A DNA stretch of 64,000 bases from the human T2T-CHM13v2.0 reference genome, Homo sapiens. This document shows positions 1-12,400 of this stretch, piece by piece. Below the pieces are notes generated by a model. That model was given only the letters and a program-made list of their open reading frames with translations, ran no database searches and was not told the origin of the DNA. A program made the position numbers and the translations under genes. Where the stretch lies: NCBI RefSeq assembly GCF_009914755.1, contig NC_060948.1; one strand, given 5' to 3'. How positions within the stretch are numbered: position 1 is the stretch's first letter; each line of letters starts with the position of its first letter.

Positions 1-912
1 AGGAATGGACAGGAATAGAATGGTCTCGAATTGAATGGAATCGTATGGAATGGCATCAAACGGAATGGAATGGACAGCCACGGAATGGAATGCACTCGAA
101 TGCAATGGAGTCGAAACTAATGGACTGGAATAGAATGGACTCGACTGGTACGGACTCCAATGGAATGGAATCGAATGGAAGGGAATCGAACGGAATGGAC
201 TCGAAGGGAAAAGACTGCAATGGAAAGGTCTCGAATGGAATGGAAATTAATGGAATGGAATGGAATCGAATGAAATGGAGTCAAAAGGAATGGAATCGAA
301 TGGCAAGAAATCGAATGTAATGGAATCGCAAGGAATTGATGTGAACGGAACGGAATGGAATGGAATCCAAAGGAATGGAATAGAATGGAATGGAATCGAA
401 TGGAAAGGACTCGAATGGAAATCACTCGAATAGAATGCAATTTAATAAAATAGGATCAAATGTAATGGAATGGAATGGAAAGGAATCGAAACGAAAGGAA
501 TGGAGACAGATGGAATGGAATGGAACAGAGAGCAATGGTATAGAATGGAATGGAATCATCTGGAATGGAATTGAATGGAATGGAATAATATGAAATGGAA
601 TGGAATGGAATGGAATGGAATGCCCTTGAATTAAATGGACTGGAATGGAATGGACTCGAACAGAGTGGAATGGAAAGTGTTGAGATAGAATGGAATGGAC
701 TCCTTTGGAATGGTGTAGTATGCAATGCAATCGACTGGCAGGGAATCAAAAGGAATGTAATGGAATGGATTGGAGTGGAATGCAATGGACAGGAATAGAT
801 TGGAAACGGAATGCAAAGGAATGGAATGGAATAGTATGGAATGGAATGGAAAGGAATGGAGTGGAATAGACTAGAGTGGAATGCAATGGACTGGAAAGCA
901 ATGGACTGGAAT

Positions 913-927
913 GGAACTTTCTTGAAT
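913..927. promoter_or_regulatory. Canonical heat-shock element motif A (gGAAc-tTTCt-tGAAt); recurs once per unit
   Basis: Three alternating inverted nGAAn units read directly. Variant gGAAc-aTTCt-tGAAt in U2 and U7 keeps the motif; disrupted (ggatc) at 50817 and 57915. Motif match only; binding not shown. Confidence 0.55.
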
Positions 928-2390
928 GGACTGGAATCAAACGGAATGGAATGCAATGCAATCAAATGGCATGGAATAAAATAGAATGAAAGAGAATCAA
1001 ATGGAATTGAATGGAATGGAATCGAATGGATTGGAAAGGAATAGAATGGAATGGAATGGAATGGACTCAAATGGAATGGACTAGAATGGAATGGATTCGA
1101 ATGGAAGGCAAAGGAATGGAATCTATTGGAATGGACTGTAATGGAATGGAATGGAAGGGATTGGAATGGACTCGAATGGAATGGACTGCAATAGAAAGGA
1201 TTCGAATGGAATGAAATAGAATTGAATGGAATAGAACAGAATGGAATCAAATCGAATGAAATGGAATGGAATAGAAAGGAATGGAATGAAATGGAATGGA
1301 AAGGATTCGAATGGAATGCAATCGAATGGAATGGAATCGAACGGAATGGAATAAAATGGAAGAAAACTGGCAAGAAATGGAATCGAAATGAATGGAGTGT
1401 TATGGAACGGACTCAAAAGGAATTGAATGTAATAGAATGGAGTGGAGTGGACTCGAATATAATGGACTGGAATGGAATGAAATCACATGGAATGGGAACG
1501 AATGGAATGGAATGGAAAGGAATGGAATCGAATGGAAAGGAATCGAATGGAAGGGAATGAAATTGAATCAACAGGAATGGAAGGGAATAGAATAGACGGT
1601 AATGGAATGGACTCGAATAGAATGGACACGAATGCTCAAATTGAATGGACTCGAATGGAATGGAAACGAAAGGAATGTCATCGAATGGAATTGAATCGAT
1701 CGGAATGAAATCGCATAGAATGGAGTGGAATCAAATGGAATTGAATCGAAAGGAAAGGAAGCGAATGGACTGAAATGAAATGGAATGGAATTGAATGGAA
1801 AGTAATGCAATGGAATAGAATGGAACGAAATTTCACGGAATGGAATCAAACTGAATGGAATCAAATCAATGGAATCTAATCAAATGGAATGGAAAGGAAT
1901 TGAATGGAGTAGATTGGATTGGATGGGATTGGAATGAAATGTACTGGAAAGGACTCGAATTTCATGAAACGGAATGGAATGAATTGGAACGGAATGGACT
2001 CGAATGGAATGGAATGTCATGGAATGGCATCAAATGGAATGGCATCAAATGGAATGGAATCGAATGCAATGGAATGCTATGGAATGGAATGGAATGCATT
2101 GGAATGGAATGTCCTCTAATGGAATGGATTCGAGTGGAATGGAATCGAATATAATGGAGTCGAATGAAATGGAATTGAAAGGAATGGGATCGAATACAAT
2201 GGAATATACTGGAATGTAATGTAATGAACTCGAATGTAATTGACTGGAATGGAATGTACATGAATGGAAGGTAATCGAATGGAAAGTAATCCAATGGAAT
2301 AGAATCTAATGCAATAAAACCGACTCAGATAGAGTAGAATGTAATGGAATGGAGTGCAGTGCAATGGAATGGAATGGAATTGAATGCAAT

Positions 2391-2425
2391 GGAATGGAAT
2401 GGAATGGAATGGAATGGAATGGAAT
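2391..2425 (+). repeat. Pure (GGAAT)n tract inside the unit, variable in copy number between units
   Basis: Between GCAAT and GGGAT: 7 copies in U1 and U6, 10 in U2-U5, 5 in U16 (~55844-55868). Accounts for much of the unit length variation. Confidence 0.9.
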
Positions 2426-2654
2426 GGGATGGAGTGGTATGGAATGGATAGTAATGGACTGGAGTGAAATGGACTGGAAAGGAATGGACTCAAATTGAAA
2501 GGGCTCGAAAGGAATGGAGTCAAATGGAATGGTCTGGAATGGAATGAACACGAATGTAATGCAATCCAATAGAATGGAATCGAATGGCATGGAATATAAA
2601 GAAATGGAATCGGAGGGAATGGAAACAAATGGAATGGAATGGAATGGAATGGAA

Positions 2655-2808
2655 TTGAATGGAATGGGAACGAATGGAGTGAAATTGTATGCAGTAGAAG
2701 GGAATAGAATGGAATGCAAGCGAAAGGAAAGGAATGGATTGGAATGGAATGGAATTCATTGGAATGGAAGGGAATGTAGTGTAATGGACAGGCCTGGAAT
2801 AAAGTGGA
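2655..2808 (+). other. DYZ1 diagnostic segment containing the EcoRI (2752-2757) and StuI/HaeIII (2790-2795) sites; matches the classical DYZ1 sexing-PCR target
   Basis: TTGAATGGAATGGGAACGAATGG at 2655-2677 and GGACAGGCCTGGAATAAAGTGGA at 2786-2808 match, as I recall them, the Y1.2 and Y1.1 DYZ1 primers. The segment recurs once per unit, with point variants in some units. Confidence 0.75.
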
Positions 2809-3165
2809 ATGCTACGGTCTCGAATGGAATAAAACTGTATGGAATGGAATGCAATGAAATGGAATCGAATGTCATAGAATGTAATGGAATGCAACAAAAT
2901 GGAATCCAAAATCATTGACTGGAAAGGCTGGGTGTCGAAAGGAATTGACTCCAATGGAATGGAATCGAATGGAATGGAAGTGAATAGAATCGAACTAAAT
3001 CGAATGGAATGGAATTGATAGGAACGGAATGGAAAGGAATGCAATGATTTGGCATGGAATGGAATCGAATGGCATCGAATGGAATGGAATGGAATGCAAT
3101 GGAATGGAATGTATTAGAATGTAATGAACTTTAATGGAATGTACTCGAATGGATTCGACTGGAAT

Positions 3166-3180
3166 GGAATGTTCTGGAAG
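3166..3180. promoter_or_regulatory. Canonical heat-shock element motif B (gGAAt-gTTCt-gGAAg); recurs once per unit
   Basis: Direct match to nGAAnnTTCnnGAAn; disrupted (gttgt) at 56614-56618. Motif match only. Confidence 0.55.
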
Positions 3181-3445
3181 TGAATGGACTCCAATGGAAT
3201 GGATTCCAAAGGAATGGAATCGTACGGAATGGAATGTAATGGAATGGAATTAAATGGAAATGAATCAAATTGAATAGCACGGAATTGAATTGAATGGAAT
3301 GGAATGCAATGGAATCTAATGAAACGGAAAGGAAAGGAATGGAATGGAATGGAATGGGCTGGAATGGAAAGGAATCGAAACGAATGGAATGGAATCGAAC
3401 TGAAGAGACTGGAATGGAATGCACTGGAATGGAAGGGAGTGTAAT

Positions 3446-3460
3446 GGAAGGTTCTCGAAA
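3446..3460. promoter_or_regulatory. Canonical heat-shock element motif C (gGAAg-gTTCt-cGAAa); recurs once per unit
   Basis: Direct match to nGAAnnTTCnnGAAn; disrupted (cgcaa) at 49801. Motif match only. Confidence 0.55.
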
Positions 3461-6400
3461 AAAATGGAATCGAATGGAATGGAATTGAATGGAACGGAAT
3501 AGAGTCGAATGGAATTGAATGGAATGGAATGGACTAGAGTGAAATGGAATCGAACCACAAGGAATGGACAGGAATAGAATGGTCTCGAATTGAATGGAAT
3601 CGTATGGAATGGCATCAAACGGAATAGAATGGACAGCCACGGAATGGAATGCACTCGAATGCAATGGAGTCGAAACTAATGGACTGGAATAGAATGGACT
3701 CGACTGGTACGGACTCCAATGGAATGGAATCGAATGGAAGGGAATCGAACGGAATGGACTCGAAGGGAAAAGACTGCAATGGAAAGGTCTCGAATGGAAT
3801 GGAAATTAATGGATTGGAATGGAATCGAATGAAATGGAGTCAAAAGGAATGGAATCGAATGGCAAGAAATCGAATGTAATGGAATCGCAAGGAATTGATG
3901 TGAACGGAACGGAATGGAATGGAATCCAAAGGAATGGAATAGAATGGAATGGAATCGAATGGAAAGGACTCGAATGGAAATCACTCGAATAGAATGCAAT
4001 TTAATAAAATAGGATCAAATGTAATGGAATGGAATGGAAAGGAATCGAAACGAAAGGAATGGAGACAGATGGAATGGAATGGAACAGAGAGCAATGGTAT
4101 AGAATGGAATGGAATCATCTGGAATGGAATTGAATGGAATGGAATAATATGAAATGGAATGGAATGGAATGGAATGGAATGCCCTTGAATTAAATGGACT
4201 GGACTCGAACAGAGTGGAATGGAAAGTGTTGAGATAGAATGGAATGGACTCCTTTGGAATGGTGTAGTATGCAATGCAATCGACTGGCATGGAATCAAAA
4301 GGAATGTAATGGAATGGATTGGACTGGAATGCAATGGACTCGAATAGATTGGAAACGGAATGCAAAGGAATGGAATGGAATAGTATGGAATTTAATGGAA
4401 AGGAATGGAGTGGAATAGACTAGAGTGGAATGGAATGGACTGGAAAGCAATGGACTGGAATGGAACATTCTTGAATGGACTGGAATCAAACGGAATGGAA
4501 TGCAATGCAATCAAATGGCATGGAATAAAATAGAATGAAAGAGAATCAAATGGAATTGAATCGAATGGAATCGAATGGATTGGAAAGGAATAGAATGGAA
4601 TGGAATGGAATTGACTCAAATGGAATGGACTAGAATGGAATGGATTCGAATGGAAGGCAAAGGAATGGAATCTACTGGAATGGACTGTAATGGAATGGAA
4701 TGGAAGGGATTGGAATGGATTCGAATGGAATGGACTGCAATAGAAAGGATTCGAATGGAATGAAATAGAATTGAATGGAATAGAACAGAATGGAATCAAA
4801 TCGAATGAAATGGAATGGAATAGAAAGGAATGGAATGAAATGGAATGGAAAGGATTCGAATGGAATGCAATCGAATGGAATGGAATCGAACGGAATGGAA
4901 TAAAATGGAAGAAAACTGGCAAGAAATGGAATCGAAATGAATGGAGTGTTATGGAACGGACTCAAAAGGAATTGAATGTAATAGAATGGAGTGGAGTGGA
5001 CTCGAATATAATGGACTGGAATGGAATGAAATCACATGGAATGGGAACGAATGGAATGGAATGGAAAGGAATGGAATCGAATGGAAAGGAATCGAATGGA
5101 AGGGAATGAAATTGAATCAACAGGAATGGAAGGGAATAGAATAGACGGTAATGGAATGGACTCGAATAGAATGGACACGAATGCTCAAATTGAATGGACT
5201 CGAAAGGAATGGAAACGAAAGGAATGTCATCGAATGGAATTGAATCGATTGGAATGAAATCGCATAGAATGGAGTGGAATCAAATGGAATTGAATCGAAA
5301 GGAAAGGAAGCGAATGGACTGAAATGAAATGGAATGGAATTGAATGGAAAGTAATGCAATGGAATAGAATGGAACGAAATTTCACGGAATGGAATCAAAC
5401 TGAATGGAATCAAATCAATGGAATCAAATCAAATGGAATGGAAAGGAATTGAATGGAGTAGATTGGATTGGATGGGATTGGAATGAAATGTACTGGAAAG
5501 GACTCGAATTTCATGAAACGGAATGGAATGAATTGGAACGGAATGGACTCGAATGGAATGGAATGTCATGGAATGGCATCAAATGGAATGGCATCAAATG
5601 GAATGGAATCGAATGCAATGGAATGCTATGGAATGGAATGGAATGCATTGGAATGGAATGTCCTCTAATGGAATGGATTCGAGTGGAATGGAATCGAATA
5701 TAATGGAGTCGAATGAAATGGAATTGAAAGGAATGGGATCGAATACAATGGAATATACTGGAATGTAATGTAATGAACTCGAATGTAATTGACTGGAATG
5801 GAATGTACATGAATGGAATGTAATCGAATGGAAAGTAATCCAATGGAATAGAATCTAATGCAATAAAACCGACTCAGATAGAGTAGAATGTAATGGAATG
5901 GAGTGCAGTGCAATGGAAGGGAATGGAATTGAATGCAATGGAATGGAATGGAATGGAATGGAATGGAATGGAATGGAATGGAATGGAATGGGATGGAATG
6001 GTATGGAATGGATAGTAATGGACTGGAGTGAAATGGACTGGAAAGGAATGGACTCAAATTGAAAGGGCTCGAAAGGAATGGAGTCAAATGGAATGGTCTG
6101 GAATGGAATGAACACGAAAGTAATGCAATCCAATAGAATGGAATCGAATGGCATGGAATATAAAGAAATGGAATCGAAGAGAATGGAAACAAATGGAATG
6201 GAATTGAATGGAATGGAATTGAATGGAATGGGAACGAATGGAGTGAAATTGTATGCAGTAGAAGGGAATAGAATGGAATGCAAGCGAAAGGAAAGGAATG
6301 GATTGGAATGGAATGGAATTCATTGGAATGGAAGGGAATGTAGTGTAATGGACAGGCCTGGAATAAAGTGGAATGCTACGGTCTCGAATGGAATAAAAAT

Positions 6401-9400
6401 GTATGGAATGGAATGCAATGAAACGGAATCGAATGTCATAGAATGTAATGGAATGCAAAAAAATGGAATCCAAAATCATTGACTGGAAAGGCTGGGTGTC
6501 GAAAGGAATTGACTCCAATGGAATGGAATCGAATGGAATGGAAGTGAATAGAATCGAACTAAATCGAATGGAATGGAATTGATAGGAACGGAATGGAAAG
6601 GAATGCAATGATTTGGCATGGAATGGAATCGAATGGCATCGAATGGAATGGAATGGAATGCAATGGAATGGAATGTATTAGAATGTAATGAACTTTAATG
6701 GAATGTACTCGAATGGATTCGACTGGAATGGAATGTTCTGGAAGTGAATGGACTCCAATGGAATGGATTCAAAAGGAATGGAATCGTACGGAATGGAATC
6801 TAATGGAATGGAATTAAATGGAAATGAATCAAATTGAATAGCATGGAATTGAATTGAATGGAATGGAATGCAATGGAATCTAATGAAACGGAAAGGAAAG
6901 GAATGGAATGGAATGGAATGGGCTGGAATGGAAAGGAATCGAAACGAATGGAATGGAATCGAACTGAAGAGACTGGAATGGAATGCACTGGAATGGAAGG
7001 GAGTGTAATGGAAGGTTCTCGAAAGAAATGGAATCGAATGGAATGGAATTGAATGGAACGGAATAGAGTCGAATGGAATTGAATGGAATGGAATGGACTA
7101 GAGTGAAATGGAATCGAACCACAAGGAATGGACAGGAATAGAATGGTCTCGAATTGAATGGAATCCTATGGAATGGCATCAAACGGAATGGAATGGACAG
7201 CCACGGAATGGAATGCACTCGAATGCAATGGAGTCGAAACTAATGGACTGGAATAGAATGGACTCGACTGGTACGGACTCCAATGGAATGGAATCGAATG
7301 GAAGGGAATCGAACGGAATGGACTCGAAGGGAAAAGACTGCAATGGAAAGGTCTCGAATGGAATGGAAATTAATGGAATGGAATGGAATCGAATGAAATG
7401 GAGTCAAAAGGAATGGAATCGAATGGCAAGAAATCGAATGTAATGGAATCGCAAGGAATTGATGTGAACGGAACGGAATGGAATGGAATCCAAAGGAATG
7501 GAATAGAATGGAATGGAATCGAATGGAAAGGACTCGAATGGAAATCACTCGAATAGAATGCAACTTAATAAAATAGGATCAAATGTAATGGAATGGAATG
7601 GAAAGGAATCGAAACGAAAGGAATGGAGACAGATGGAATGGAATGGAACAGAGAGCAATGGTATAGAATGGAATGGAATCATCTGGAATGGAATTGAATG
7701 GAATGGAATAATATGAAATGGAATGGAATGGAATGGAATGGAATGCCCTTGAATTAAATGGACTGGAATGGAATGGACTCGAACAGAGTGGAATGGAAAG
7801 TGTTGAGATAGAATGGAATGGACTCCTTTGGAATGGTGTAGTATGCAATGCAATCGACTGGCAGGGAATCAAAAGGAATGTAATGGAATGGATTGGAGTG
7901 GAATGCAATGGACAGGAATAGATTGGAAACGGAATGCAAAGGAATGGAATGGAATAGTATGGAATGGAATGGAAAGGAATGGAGTGGAATAGACTAGAGT
8001 GGAATGCAATGGACTGGAAAGCAATGGACTGGAATGGAACTTTCTTGAATGGACTGGAATCAAACGGAATGGAATGCAATGCAATCAAATGGCATGGAAT
8101 AAAATAGAATGAAAGAGAATCAAATGGAATTGAATGGAATGGAATCGAATGGATTGGAAAGGAATAGAATGGAATGGAATGGAATGGACTCAAATGGAAT
8201 GGACTAGAATGGAATGGATTCGAATGGAAGGCAAAGGAATGGAATCTATTGGAATGGACTGTAATGGAATGGAATGGAAGGGATTGGAATGGACTCGAAT
8301 GGAATGGACTGCAATAGAAAGGATTCGAATGGAATGAAATAGAATTGAATGGAATAGAACAGAATGGAATCAAATCGAATGAAATGGAATGGAATAGAAA
8401 GGAATGGAATGAAATGGAATGGAAAGGATTCGAATGGAATGCAATCGAATGGAATGGAATCGAACGGAATGGAATAAAATGGAAGAAAACTGGCAAGAAA
8501 TGGAATCGAAATGAATGGAGTGTTATGGAACGGACTCAAAAGGAATTGAATGTAATAGAATGGAGTGGAGTGGACTCGAATATAATGGACTGGAATGGAA
8601 TGAAATCACATGGAATGGGAACGAATGGAATGGAATGGAAAGGAATGGAATCGAATGGAAAGGAATCGAATGGAAGGGAATGAAATTGAATCAACAGGAA
8701 TGGAAGGGAATAGAATAGACGGTAATGGAATGGACTCGAATAGAATGGACACGAATGCTCAAATTGAATGGACTCGAATGGAATGGAAACGAAAGGAATG
8801 TCATCGAATGGAATTGAATCGATCGGAATGAAATCGCATAGAATGGAGTGGAATCAAATGGAATTGAATCGAAAGGAAAGGAAGCGAATGGACTGAAATG
8901 AAATGGAATGGAATTGAATGGAAAGTAATGCAATGGAATAGAATGGAACGAAATTTCACGGAATGGAATCAAACTGAATGGAATCAAATCAATGGAATCT
9001 AATCAAATGGAATGGAAAGGAATTGAATGGAGTAGATTGGATTGGATGGGATTGGAATGAAATGTACTGGAAAGGACTCGAATTTCATGAAACGGAATGG
9101 AATGAATTGGAACGGAATGGACTCGAATGGAATGGAATGTCATGGAATGGCATCAAATGGAATGGCATCAAATGGAATGGAATCGAATGCAATGGAATGC
9201 TATGGAATGGAATGGAATGCATTGGAATGGAATGTCCTCTAATGGAATGGATTCGAGTGGAATGGAATCGAATATAATGGAGTCGAATGAAATGGAATTG
9301 AAAGGAATGGGATCGAATACAATGGAATATACTGGAATGTAATGTAATGAACTCGAATGTAATTGACTGGAATGGAATGTACATGAATGGAAGGTAATCG

Positions 9401-12400
9401 AATGGAAAGTAATCCAATGGAATAGAATCTAATGCAATAAAACCGACTCAGATAGAGTAGAATGTAATGGAATGGAGTGCAGTGCAATGGAATGGAATGG
9501 AATTGAATTCAATGGAATGGAATGGAATGGAATGGAATGGAATGGAATGGAATGGAATGGAATGGGATGGAATGGTATGGAATGGATAGTAATGGACTGG
9601 AGTGAAATGGACTGGAAAGGAATGGACTCAAATTGAAAGGGCTCGAAAGGAATGGAGTCAAATGGAATGGTCTGGAATGGAATGAACACGAATGTAATGC
9701 AATCCAATAGAATGTAATCGAATGGCATGGAATATAAAGAAATGGAATCGGAGGGAATGGAAACAAATGGAATGGAATTGAATGGAATGGAATTGAATGG
9801 AATGGGAACGAATGGAGTGAAATTGTATGCAGTAGAAGGGAATAGAATGGAATGCAAGCGAAAGGAAAGGAATGGATTGGAATGGAATGGAATTCATTGG
9901 AATGGAAGGGAATGTAGTGTAATGGACAGGCCTGGAATAAAGTGGAATGCTACGGTCTCGAATGGAATAAAAATGTATGGAATGGAATGCAATGAAATGG
10001 AATCGAATGTCATAGAATGTAATGGAATGCAACAAAATGGAATCCAAAATCATTGACTGGAAAGGCTGGGTGTCGAAAGGAATTGACTCCAATGGAATGG
10101 AATCGAATGGAATGGAAGTGAACAGAATCGAACTAAATCGAATGGAATGGAATTGATAGGAACGGAATGGAAAGGAATGCAATGATTTGGCATGGAATGG
10201 AATCGAATGGCATCGAATGGAATGGAATGGAATGCAATGGAATGGAATGTATTAGAATGTAATGAACTTTAATGGAATGTACTCGAATGGATTCGACTGG
10301 AATGGAATGTTCTGGAAGTGAATGGACTCCAATGGAATGGATTCCAAAGGAATGGAATCGTACGGAATGGAATCTAATGGAATGGAATTAAATGGAAATG
10401 AATCAAATTGAATAGCACGGAATTGAATTGAATGGAATGGAATGCAATGGAATCTAATGAAACGGAAAGGAAAGGAATGGAATGGAATGGAATGGGCTGG
10501 AATGGAAAGGAATCGAAACGAATGGAATGGAATCGAACTGAAGAGACTGGAATGGAATGCACTGGAATGGAAGGGAGTGTAATGGAAGGTTCTCGAAAAA
10601 AATGGAATCGAATGGAATGGAATTGAATGGAACGGAATAGAGTCGAATGGAATTGAATGGAATGGAATGGACTAGAGTGAAATGGAATCGAACCACAAGG
10701 AATGGACAGGAATAGAATGGTCTCGAATTGAATGGAATCGTATGGAATGGCATCAAACGGAATGGAATGGACAGCCACGGAATGGAATGCACTCGAATGC
10801 AATGGAGTCGAAACTAATGGACTGGAATAGAATGGACTCGACTGGTACGGACTCCAATGGAATGGAATCGAATGGAAGGGAATCGAACGGAATGGACTCG
10901 AAGGGAAAAGACTGCAATGGAAAGGTCTCGAATGGAATGGAAATTAATGGAATGGAATGGAATCGAATGAAATGGAGTCAAAAGGAATGGAATCGAATGG
11001 CAAGAAATCGAATGTAATGGAATCGCAAGGAATTGATGTGAACGGAACGGAATGGAATGGAATCCAAAGGAATGGAATAGAATGGAATGGAATCGAATGG
11101 AAAGGACTCGAATGGAAATCACTCGAATAGAATGCAATTTAATAAAATAGGATCAAATGTAATGGAATGGAATGGAAAGGAATCGAAACGAAAGGAATGG
11201 AGACAGATGGAATGGAATGGAACAGAGAGCAATGGTATAGAATGGAATGGAATCATCTGGAATGGAATTGAATGGAATGGAATAATATGAAATGGAATGG
11301 AATGGAATGGAATGGAATGCCCTTGAATTAAATGGACTGGAATGGAATGGACTCGAACAGAGTGGAATGGAAAGTGTTGAGATAGAATGGAATGGACTCC
11401 TTTGGAATGGTGTAGTATGCAATGCAATCGACTGGCAGGGAATCAAAAGGAATGTAATCGAATGGATTGGACTGGAATGCAATGGACTCGAATAGATTGG
11501 AAACGGGATGCAAAGGAATGGAATGGAATAGTATGGAATGGAATGGAAAGGAATGGAGTGGAATAGACTAGAGTGGAATGGAATGGACTGGAAAGCAATG
11601 GACTGGAATGGAACTTTCTTGAATGGACTGGAATCAAACGGAATGGAATGCAATGCAATCAAATGGCATGGAATAAAATAGAATGAAAGAGAATCAAATG
11701 GAATTGAATCGAATGGAATCGAATGGATTGGAAAGGAATAGAATGGAATGGAATGGAATGGACTCAAATGGAATGGACTAGAATGGAATGGATTCGAATG
11801 GAAGGCAAAGGAATGGAATCTATTGGAATGGACTGTAATGGAATGGAATGGAAGGGATTGGAATGGACTCGAATGGAATGGACTGCAATAGAAAGGATTC
11901 GAATGGAATGAAAAAGAATTGAATGGAATAGAACAGAATGGAATCAAATCGAATGAAATGAAATGGAATAGAAAGGAATGGAATGAAATGGAATGGAAAG
12001 GATTCGAATGGAATGCAATCGAATGGAATGGAATCGAACGGAATGGAATAAAATGGAAGAAAACTGGCAAGAAATGGAATCGAAATGAATGGAGTGTTAT
12101 GGAACGGACTCAAAAGGAATTGAATGTAATAGAATGGAGTGGAGTGGACTCGAATATAATGGACTGGAATGGAATGAAATCACATGGAATGGGAACGAAT
12201 GGAATGGAATGGAAAGGAATGGAATCGAATGGAAAGGAATCGAATGGAAGGGAATGAAATTGAATCAACAGGAATGGAAGGGAATAGAATAGACGGTAAT
12301 GGAATGGACTCGAATAGAATGGACACGAATGCTCAAATTGAATGGACTCGAATGGAATGGAAACGAAAGGAATGTCATCGAATGGAATTGAATCGATTGC

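Larger units (their letters stand above)
2791..6354 (+). repeat. DYZ1: Representative full DYZ1 monomer (HaeIII-to-HaeIII, 3564 bp)
   Basis: GGCC at 2791 and 6355. Further sites at 9929, 13503, 17067, 20626, (lost at 24179), 27742, 31301, 34870, 38429, 41993, 45567, 49136, 52685, 56234, 59788, 63352. Confidence 0.93.

Noticed and set aside
456-1373. 305-aa minus-strand ORF (MPVFFHFIPF...) recurring in many units, 313 aa in U5
   Set aside because: (ATTCC)n contains no stop codon and translates to FHSIP repeats, so long ORFs are expected. It is broken by stops or frameshifts in several units and resembles no protein family.
440-2835. Several AATAAA hexamers per unit as polyadenylation signals
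   Set aside because: They arise readily from GGAAT followed by AAAAT-type variants. DYZ1 transcripts are reported, but nothing here shows that these sites are used.
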